NCBI GenBank assembly: GCA_964653455.1
Contig: CAZZFK010000003.1
Span: forward strand, 60,819 to 124,818
DNA from: an uncultured bacterium
GTDB lineage: Bacteria; Margulisbacteria; Termititenacia; CAZZFK01
Direction: 5' to 3'
Length of the DNA stretch: 64,000 nucleotides
In this document: positions 57,474 through 64,000 of the stretch, piece by piece
Position numbering within the stretch: the first letter of the stretch is position 1
How the letters are laid out: every line of letters starts with the position of its first letter
Notes under the pieces: model-generated
What the model was told of the DNA's origin: nothing
Seen by the model: the letters and a program-made list of their open reading frames with translations, nothing else
The model's database searches: none
Program-made: the position numbers and the translations under genes

Positions 57474-58143
57474 AGGGACCTTGTTGTGAAAATGCCATAT
57501 CCACGATCACATTACCAAAACAGTAGGTACAGTACATTTGAGGCAAGGGAGTGCGCAACCGGACCGCTGCCCCTGATCTTTTTTTTCGGGACATGATGCT
57601 CCTGACGGTCCGGGCAAGCACCTGTGTCCCTTCACCGGTAATACCGTTGAACCAGACGATCGTCGCAGCAGGGTGTTCGGACAGCACACGTACCGTGAAC
57701 ACTTCGCGTTCAGCAGGAGAAATGAGATCGCCCTTGGTAATGACGCAGCAGTCCGCACTTTTCAGCACCGGACCGAGTCGCGAGGGACCATGCATCCCAC
57801 AGGTACAGTCAATAACGCAGATATTCACCGTTGAGAAAAGATATGGGGAGCATCTGCCGCAAAGTCCTGCGGTCTCAATGACCACCGTATCTAACGCGTG
57901 CCCGGCGGCCCATGTTCGGACCTCAGGGATATTCTCAGCCAGAAAATGATCGGGACATATATCATTTGAAATGAATTTTATCGACGGTATCGAATGTTCA
58001 GCGAAGAACGTGTCATCCTGGGTCGCACTGCAATCGACCTTAACGACCCCCGTTGAACTCATATGTTCTTGAGACTTGAGCAACGATACTATGACCCTCG
58101 TTTTTCCCGAGGACGGAGGCCCACCCACAATGATCATTTTCAT
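57460..58143 (-). CDS. HypB/UreG/CobW-like GTP-binding protein
   Basis: GPPSSGKT, KVDC, ICPDH, ETAGLCGRCSPY, TKGD, NGITGEG, C-terminal YCTYC. Confidence 0.85.
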   Translation of the reverse strand: MKMIIVGGPPSSGKTRVIVSLLKSQEHMSSTGVVKVDCSATQDDTFFAEHSIPSIKFISNDICPDHFLAENIPEVRTWAAGHALDTVVIETAGLCGRCSPYLFSTVNICVIDCTCGMHGPSRLGPVLKSADCCVITKGDLISPAEREVFTVRVLSEHPAATIVWFNGITGEGTQVLARTVRSIMSRKKRSGAAVRLRTPLPQMYCTYCFGNVIVDMAFSQQGPYGIH

Positions 58144-58154
58144 GTAATGCGCCA

Positions 58155-58191
58155 ATTATACGTTCACCCGTATCAATTATCAATTTATCAT
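58155..58191 (-). promoter_or_regulatory. Promoter of the radical SAM/GTPase cassette with a repeated TGATAA/TTGATA array
   Basis: TTGATA (58183-58178)-17 nt-TATAAT (58160-58155). ATGATAAATTGATAATTGATA overlaps the -35. Confidence 0.6.
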
Positions 58192-58284
58192 GGTCTTCGC
58201 ACCCGCGCCGTGCCACCTCACATTTTTTCTGCCCTGTGCTATAATCGCCATGCTTTCGCATCATGTAACAAAGGAGCATGCACT

Positions 58285-58596
58285 ATGTTCGGCGATATCG
58301 GCAAAATGATGAAACAGGTCAATGAAATGAAAGCAAAGATGAAGGATGTTGAAAAAGAATTGAACTCAATGGTCATCAAAGGTACGTCCTCAGATGCCAT
58401 GGTGGAAGTAGAAATGACAGGAAAAATGGACCTCAAGACCCTTACCATAAATCCTCAGCTTATTGCACAAAATGACCCTAAAAAACTTGAAAAAAGCGTG
58501 TTCGATGCTTTTTCAAAGGTATTGAAAATAACAAAAGACACTGCCTCTTCAAAACTTGGTGCAGTTACCGGCGGCATGAAACTGCCGGGGATGTAA
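58285..58596 (+). CDS. ybaB: YbaB/EbfC nucleoid-associated protein
   Basis: MFGDIGKMMKQ, C-terminal GGMKLPGM, upstream of recR. AAGGAG RBS and its own TGnTATAAT at 58237-58245. Confidence 0.92.
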   Translation: MFGDIGKMMKQVNEMKAKMKDVEKELNSMVIKGTSSDAMVEVEMTGKMDLKTLTINPQLIAQNDPKKLEKSVFDAFSKVLKITKDTASSKLGAVTGGMKLPGM

Positions 58597-58602
58597 ATCC
58601 AG

Positions 58603-58660
58603 TGACGAATTTCGAATGACGAAGGTCGAATATTCGCCATTCGAAGTTCGGTATTCGACA
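58603..58660. repeat. Heptamer-built palindrome between ybaB and recR
   Basis: TGACGAA TTTCGAA TGACGAA GGTCGAA - TA - TTCGCCA TTCGAAG TTCGGTA TTCGACA. Confidence 0.8.
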
Positions 58661-58676
58661 TTGAGAAGGTTTGATA

Positions 58677-59279
58677 ATGATCGATGCATATCCTGAGCCG
58701 ATGAACGTGCTCATCAATGAATTCCAGAAGATGCCAAGCATCGGTCCTAAATCGGCGCAGCGGCTTGCGTTCTATATCCTTGGGTTGAGCGACCAAGAGG
58801 CCGGGAACCTCACCGATGCCATCAGCAAGGTCAAGGGAAGCATCAAACATTGCTCGGTCTGTCACAATATAACGGTCAGTGATCCCTGTACCTATTGTGC
58901 CGATGCATCACGGGACCATACCATGATATGTGTCGTTTCCGAACCGCGTGATATCATCGCCATGGAAAAGACGGGGGGGTTCAAAGGCGTCTATCATGTA
59001 CTGGGCGGGCTCCTTTCACCGCTTGAAGGCGTCACGCCGGAAACGCTGAGGATCAAGGAATTGCTACAACGGATATCAACGCAGAACGTAAGGGAATTGA
59101 TACTGGCGTTGAATCCGACCGTCGAAGGAGAGGCCACCGTGCTGTACCTTTCACGGCTCATAAAGCCGTCCGGGGTCAAAATGATGAGGATCGCCTACGG
59201 ATTGCCCATCGGGAGCGATATCGATTATGCCGATGAAGTGACATTGACGAAATCCTTCGAAGGCAGGATAGAGGTCTAG
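58677..59279 (+). CDS. recR: Recombination mediator RecR
   Basis: PSIGPKSAQRLA, C4 zinc finger, YHVLGG, ALNPTVEGEAT, IAYGLP, DYAD. Confidence 0.97.
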   Translation: MIDAYPEPMNVLINEFQKMPSIGPKSAQRLAFYILGLSDQEAGNLTDAISKVKGSIKHCSVCHNITVSDPCTYCADASRDHTMICVVSEPRDIIAMEKTGGFKGVYHVLGGLLSPLEGVTPETLRIKELLQRISTQNVRELILALNPTVEGEATVLYLSRLIKPSGVKMMRIAYGLPIGSDIDYADEVTLTKSFEGRIEV

Positions 59280-59281
59280 AT

Positions 59282-59369
59282 TTGTTACACGTTGAACGTT
59301 TGAAAGTTACGCGTTAGCATCACTACTGTTCCGGCAGCGAGTATCTTTCAAAAATTGAACATGTAACAA
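59282..59369. repeat. 25-bp-arm imperfect inverted repeat upstream of porC
   Basis: TTGTTACACGTTGAACGTTTGAAAG versus the reverse complement of CTTTCAAAAATTGAACATGTAACAA: 21/25 identical. Confidence 0.7.
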
Positions 59370-59389
59370 TAAAAAAGGAGGCAGTTGTA

Positions 59390-59962
59390 ATGAGCAAGAA
59401 TATGACTGAGATCAGATGGCACGGTCGGGGAGGTCAGGGCGCAAAGACGGCAGCATTGCTGGTAGCGGACGCTGCATTAGCGACAGGGAAGCAGGTCCAG
59501 GCGTTCCCGGAATACGGACCTGAACGTATGGGAGCTCCTGTGAAATCCTTTAACCGTATCTCTGACGACCATATCACTGTGCACTGTGCGGTCGAGAATC
59601 CTTCGATCGTTCTGGTGCTCGATGAAACCCTGTGCATCAGCGCTAACGTGACCGAGGGTGTTCCCGAGAACGGGACCATCGTTATCAATACGTCCAAGAC
59701 CGGTGCGGACTACAAGAAGATCCTGAACTTCAAAGGCACGGTCATGACGGTCAATGCCTCAAAGATCGCGATGGAAACGATCGGTATGAACAAACCGAAC
59801 ACGCCTATGCTCGGGGCGCTCGTTAAAGCGACAGGTATCCTTGATTTCAACAAGATGCTTGAAGATACGAGCCAAAAGCTGAAAAAGAAGTTCGCGAACA
59901 AGCCTGAGGTCGTTGAAGGCAATATCCAGGCCATCAAGCGCGCATATGAGGAGGTAGCATAA
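59390..59962 (+). CDS. porC: Pyruvate:ferredoxin oxidoreductase gamma subunit
   Basis: EIRWHGRGGQGAKTA, FPEYGPERMGAP, PNTPMLGA. Confidence 0.93.
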   Translation: MSKNMTEIRWHGRGGQGAKTAALLVADAALATGKQVQAFPEYGPERMGAPVKSFNRISDDHITVHCAVENPSIVLVLDETLCISANVTEGVPENGTIVINTSKTGADYKKILNFKGTVMTVNASKIAMETIGMNKPNTPMLGALVKATGILDFNKMLEDTSQKLKKKFANKPEVVEGNIQAIKRAYEEVA

Positions 59963-59964
59963 TC

Positions 59965-60258
59965 ATGGCACACGATTATTCAAAATTATTGAAAAAACAG
60001 GAACTCCCTCTCGGCGGTATCTGGCTGGAACCGGGGTCATCTGTCAACCGCAAAACAGGTGATTGGAAGACATTACAGCCGAAGTTCAATGACAAGAAAT
60101 GCATCAATTGTTCGTTCTGCTGGGCGTATTGCCCGGATTCCTGCATCCTGATGAAGGACGGAAAACAGACCGGTTTCGACCTCGAACATTGCAAAGGCTG
60201 CGGCATCTGTGCTTCGGTCTGTCCGGCTAAATGTATCGATATGGTCCCGGCACGCTAA
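59965..60258 (+). CDS. porD: Pyruvate:ferredoxin oxidoreductase delta subunit (2x[4Fe-4S])
   Basis: KTGDWK, CINCSFCWAYCPD, CKGCGICASVCP. Confidence 0.93.
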   Translation: MAHDYSKLLKKQELPLGGIWLEPGSSVNRKTGDWKTLQPKFNDKKCINCSFCWAYCPDSCILMKDGKQTGFDLEHCKGCGICASVCPAKCIDMVPAR

Positions 60259-60272
60259 GGAGGAAATATACA

Positions 60273-61475
60273 ATGACCACTGCAACTAAAGTAAAACAGA
60301 CCTATGTAGCCAAAACAGGCAATGAAGCGATGGCCGAGGCCATGCGCCAGATCAATCCCGATGTTGTCGCCGCCTATCCGATCACTCCGGCGACCGAAGT
60401 CGCGATGATATTCTCTCAGTTCGTCGCGGACGGTAAGGTCAATACAGAGATGGTGACCGTTGAATCCGAGCACAGCGCGATGAGCGCAACGCTCGGCGCC
60501 GCTGCTGCCGGGGCCCGGTCCATGACCGCGACCTCATCCCAGGGGCTCATGCTCATGGCGGAGATCCTGCCTATCGCGTCAGCGCTCAGGCTCCCGATCG
60601 TTATGCCTGAAGTGAACCGCGCCATATCCGGCCCGATCAATATCCACTGCGATCACTCCGATACGATGTTCTGCCGCGATGCCGGCTGGATACAGATATT
60701 CTCGGAGAACTCGCAGGAAGCCTATGATAACGTCCTGCAGGCGATCAAGATCTCCGAACATAAGGACGTGCTCCTGCCTTCAATGGTCACCACCGACGGG
60801 TTCATCATCAGTCACTTGATGGAAGGCATCAATGTCATAGATGATGCGGTCGTTAAGGATTATATCGGCGCATATAAAGCACCGTATGCCGTCCTGAACA
60901 CCGATAAGCCGATCACGGTCGGTTCCATCGATCTGCAGAATTATTATTTTGAGCACAAGCTGCCTGTCGTTGATGCCATGAACGCCGCCAAGAAGGTCAT
61001 TCTTGAGGTAGGCAAAGAGTTCGGCAAGCAATTCGGCCGTGAATACGGTTTCTTCGAAGCATATAAGCTCGATGATGCCGAGATTGCGATGGTCGCCCTT
61101 GGCTCGACGGCCGGCACCGCAAAAGTGGTCGTTGACGAATTGCGCGCAAAAGGCGTTAAAGCCGGGCTCCTGAAGATCCGCGTGTTCCGCCCGTTCCCGG
61201 CAGCTGAGCTCGCGGCCGCGCTCAAAGGTGTAAAAGCCATCGTCGTGATGGACCGTTCGGATTCATACAGTGCGAACGGCGGACCGGTCTATACGGAGCT
61301 GACCTCGGCACTGTATGACGCAGGGACGAATATCAATATGTTCGATGTCATTTATGGATTGGGCGGACGTGATATCGATCTGCATATGATCCGTTCGATC
61401 TTCGAACAGTTGCAGAAAATGCAGAAAGGCGAAAAGCCTGCGCAACGGGTACAGTATATCGGTGCCCGGTCATAA
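60273..61475 (+). CDS. porA: Pyruvate:ferredoxin oxidoreductase alpha subunit
   Basis: AAYPITPAT, ESEHSA, TATSSQG, NRAIS, IHCDHSD, RVFRPFP, YGLGGRD. Confidence 0.93.
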   Translation: MTTATKVKQTYVAKTGNEAMAEAMRQINPDVVAAYPITPATEVAMIFSQFVADGKVNTEMVTVESEHSAMSATLGAAAAGARSMTATSSQGLMLMAEILPIASALRLPIVMPEVNRAISGPINIHCDHSDTMFCRDAGWIQIFSENSQEAYDNVLQAIKISEHKDVLLPSMVTTDGFIISHLMEGINVIDDAVVKDYIGAYKAPYAVLNTDKPITVGSIDLQNYYFEHKLPVVDAMNAAKKVILEVGKEFGKQFGREYGFFEAYKLDDAEIAMVALGSTAGTAKVVVDELRAKGVKAGLLKIRVFRPFPAAELAAALKGVKAIVVMDRSDSYSANGGPVYTELTSALYDAGTNINMFDVIYGLGGRDIDLHMIRSIFEQLQKMQKGEKPAQRVQYIGARS

Positions 61476-61508
61476 CCATAAACGATACGTTCTTTAAGGA
61501 GGAACACC

Positions 61509-62471
61509 ATGGTAGTTTCATTGAAAGAATTAGCAAGTAAAGAAGACCTTCTGGCCCCAGGACATACGTCCTGTCCCGGCTGCGGATACCCCTCGGTCAT
61601 GAGGATGGTACTTGCGGTCGCCGGTAAAGATACCGTGGTCGGCGGCGCGACAGGTTGTTGTGAAGTGAATACGACCATTTTCCCGTACACGTCCTGGAAA
61701 GTGCCGTTCATTCATAACGCCTTCGAGAACGCGGCCGCAACAGTGAGCGGTGTTGAATCAGCATATAATTCGCTAAAAAAGCAGGGGAAGATCGCCGATA
61801 AAAAGATCAACTTCATCGCTTTCGGCGGCGACGGCGGCACCTACGATATCGGGTTCCAATCCCTTTCCGGCGCTATGGAACGCGGACATAATATGCTGTA
61901 TATCTGTTATGACAACGGCGCATACATGAACACCGGCATTCAGCGTTCAGGTGCCACACCGAAGTATGCGAACACAACAACGGCTCCGTCAGGTAAGGTC
62001 AGCCCCGGGAAAAAACAATGGCGTAAGGACCTGACCGCGGCGATGATCGCCCACGGGATCCCGTACGTCGCCCAGACCGTTTCCGGGAATTGGCGTGATC
62101 TGACCATGAAGATCGAAAAAGCATTGTCCATTGAAGGTCCCAAATTCATCAACGTTCTGTGCCCATGCCCTCTTGGTTGGGGTCACGACGGCAAAGAAAC
62201 AGTGAAACTCTCGCAAATGGCTGCGGATACCTGTTTCTGGCCGCTCTATGAGTTCGAGAACGGTAAATATACGCTCAACTACACGCCGAAGGAAAAAAAG
62301 AGCATGGCAGAATGGATGAAACAGCAGGCCCGCTTCAAGCATCTTTTCAAGCCCGGCAATGAAAAGCTCATTGAAGAAGTACAGCAGGAAGTCGACGCAC
62401 GCTGGGCGAGCATTTGTCGCCTGTGCGGAGTTGAAGCTGTTCAAAAAGCAGCAGCTCCTGTTAATTCATAG
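61509..62471 (+). CDS. porB: Pyruvate:ferredoxin oxidoreductase beta subunit
   Basis: GHTSCPGC, TGCCEV, GGDGGTYDIG, YDNGAYMNTGIQRS, CPCP.GW. Confidence 0.93.
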   Translation: MVVSLKELASKEDLLAPGHTSCPGCGYPSVMRMVLAVAGKDTVVGGATGCCEVNTTIFPYTSWKVPFIHNAFENAAATVSGVESAYNSLKKQGKIADKKINFIAFGGDGGTYDIGFQSLSGAMERGHNMLYICYDNGAYMNTGIQRSGATPKYANTTTAPSGKVSPGKKQWRKDLTAAMIAHGIPYVAQTVSGNWRDLTMKIEKALSIEGPKFINVLCPCPLGWGHDGKETVKLSQMAADTCFWPLYEFENGKYTLNYTPKEKKSMAEWMKQQARFKHLFKPGNEKLIEEVQQEVDARWASICRLCGVEAVQKAAAPVNS

Positions 62472-62487
62472 TTATAAGCCTGTAGTT

Positions 62488-62516
62488 TTGACGATTGGTA
62501 TCGTGTTTGATAGTAT
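62488..62516 (+). promoter_or_regulatory. sigma70-type promoter for the HU gene
   Basis: TTGACG-17 nt-TAGTAT. Confidence 0.65.
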
Positions 62517-62550
62517 ATGACACACGTACTGATAAGGAGGCTCTGTCCTT

Positions 62551-62895
62551 ATGAATAAAAAAGAACTGGTCAACTTTCTTGCCGACAAGACCAATAAAAG
62601 TAAGCAGGAAGTTCTGGAGATCATTGAGCTTATGCTTGAAAAGATCACAGAAAAACTGATCGCCGGCGAAAAAGTCCGTCTGGTCGGTTTCGGTGTGTTC
62701 GAGGTCAGGAAACGTGTTGCCCGCGAAGGTCGTAACCCGCAGACCGGCGAGCGTATCAAGATCTCAGAGACCAAAACGCCTTCTTTCCTGGCAGGCAAAG
62801 CGCTTAAAGATGCGGTCAAAGGCCGGATCTCCGCGGATGCCCTCAAAGCAGCCATGAAAAAAGACGATGCAGCAGATGAGACTGCGGGCAATTGA
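62551..62895 (+). CDS. hup: HU family DNA-binding protein with a short C-terminal extension
   Basis: MNKKEL, VRLVGFGVF, REGRNPQTGE, PSFLAGKALKDAV. Confidence 0.95.
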   Translation: MNKKELVNFLADKTNKSKQEVLEIIELMLEKITEKLIAGEKVRLVGFGVFEVRKRVAREGRNPQTGERIKISETKTPSFLAGKALKDAVKGRISADALKAAMKKDDAADETAGN

Positions 62896-64000
62896 TGGCC
62901 GGAAATCCTATCAACAAGATCACCGATAATCTTGATCAACTGATCGATCTTTTACCGATCGATCTGTGCGAGTATATACGCAGTCAGTCCGACGCTAAGG
63001 AACTTCGTGAGATCGTGCTGGACCTGGGGCGTATCGCAGAGTTCCGTTTTTCAGGCGAAAAACTCGCAGAACTTCCCGACCGTATCGTTACCCAAAGCGA
63101 CATAGATCATATCATCGGTAAAGTAGGGCATTTCACTTCCGATAATCGCGCCGGTATCGAACGTACGCTCCATCGCATATCCGCTATCAGGAACAGACAA
63201 GGGAAGATCATCGGGATCACCTGCCGTGTGGGACGTGCGGTATTCGGTACCGTGGATGTCATTTCAGATATCATCCAGAGCGGCAAGAACCTGTTGATAC
63301 TCGGAGGTCCGGGTGTCGGCAAGACCACCAAACTAAGAGAGATAGCACGCATTTTAAGTACGGACCATCATAAACGCGTCATCGTGATCGATACATCGAA
63401 CGAGATAGCAGGGGACGGCGATATCCCGCATCCGGGCATCGGCCGTGCGCGACGTATGCAGGTCTCGTCGCCTGACCAGCAGCATGCGGTCATGATCGAA
63501 GCGGTAGAGAACCACATGCCTCAGGTCATCATCGTGGACGAGATCGGGACAGAAGCTGAAGCGATCGCAGCGCGCACTATCGCAGAACGCGGTGTGCAGC
63601 TCGTCGGCACGGCACATGGCAATACGATAAAGAACCTCATCAAGAACCCGACATTGTCCGATCTGGTCGGCGGGGTCCAATCAGTCATCCTGGGCGATGA
63701 AGAGGCCCAGCGGCGTCAGACCCAGAAAACGATACTTGAACGAAAAGCGCCGCCCACCTTTGAGGTCCTGGTCGAGATACATGAACGTGATACCCTGACC
63801 ATCTATCATGATATCGCAACGGTCGTCGACAATATCCTTCGCGGTTCAGTCCCGCAGCCCGAGATCAGAAAGGTCGATCCGGACGGAGCTATTCGTGTCG
63901 TACAGGAGGCCGGACAGGAGGATTTTCCTCTGCCTGTGTTCGGCGTTGAAGCACCGGCAAAAAAACAGGAAAAAGCGATCACTATTTATCCGTTCGCTAT
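62895..64000 (+). CDS. Ycf45/SpoIIIAA-like AAA ATPase (runs off the window)
   Basis: Not in the ORF track. ATG overlaps the hup stop; translation gives EIVLDLGR, DNRAGIERTLHRISAIRNRQG, CRVGRAV, GGPGVGKTT, DTSNEIAGDGDIPH, MIEAVENHMP, IVDEIG. Confidence 0.85.
   Translation, partial: MAGNPINKITDNLDQLIDLLPIDLCEYIRSQSDAKELREIVLDLGRIAEFRFSGEKLAELPDRIVTQSDIDHIIGKVGHFTSDNRAGIERTLHRISAIRNRQGKIIGITCRVGRAVFGTVDVISDIIQSGKNLLILGGPGVGKTTKLREIARILSTDHHKRVIVIDTSNEIAGDGDIPHPGIGRARRMQVSSPDQQHAVMIEAVENHMPQVIIVDEIGTEAEAIAARTIAERGVQLVGTAHGNTIKNLIKNPTLSDLVGGVQSVILGDEEAQRRQTQKTILERKAPPTFEVLVEIHERDTLTIYHDIATVVDNILRGSVPQPEIRKVDPDGAIRVVQEAGQEDFPLPVFGVEAPAKKQEKAITIYPFA

Noticed and set aside
54748-58285. RiPP precursor peptide for the radical SAM enzyme
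   Set aside because: The genes overlap and the flanking gaps (31 bp and about 140 bp of promoters) contain no plausible small ORF with an RBS.
58603-58660. Possible mini-CRISPR or other spaced repeat array
   Set aside because: Units are contiguous 7-mers without spacers, and no cas genes are in the window.

Overview
A gene-dense bacterial chromosomal window with mostly housekeeping content. It holds a MoxR/DUF58/Bat operon, a split trp operon, tyrS, PBP1A, a Trk K+ uptake operon, prs, miaB, gpmA, alr, dnaX...ybaB-recR, porCDAB, HU and a Ycf45/SpoIIIAA-like ATPase. The Ycf45-like gene and anaerobic POR tentatively suggest a non-photosynthetic relative of Cyanobacteria such as Margulisbacteria; this is not verified. 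I found no tRNA, rRNA, CRISPR array, integrase or transposase. The main finds are not in the ORF track. (1) Two copies of one structured RNA with a compensatory base change, resembling the nhaA-I Li+/Na+ riboswitch class. Each overlaps an intrinsic terminator, and they head two convergent transcription units: small membrane protein + trehalose-6-P synthase/phosphatase + small membrane protein on one side, and a GT4-fusion glycosyltransferase facing a GH130-like enzyme on the other. The locus sits directly downstream of a pyrophosphatase with Na+,H+-PPase signature residues, so it may be a cation-riboswitch osmolyte regulon. (2) A four-gene cassette (HypB-like GTPase, wHTH-radical SAM enzyme, degenerate second GTPase, orphan ABC ATPase) lying antisense inside the normally contiguous dnaX-ybaB-recR cluster. 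(3) A family of five 80-120 bp GC-rich palindromic elements, four clustered around a DUF559 nuclease gene. (4) Three unannotated small membrane-protein ORFs. (5) A stand-alone enzyme with motifs of the eukaryotic glycogen-debranching transferase. All family assignments come from motif recognition by eye; no database search was run.
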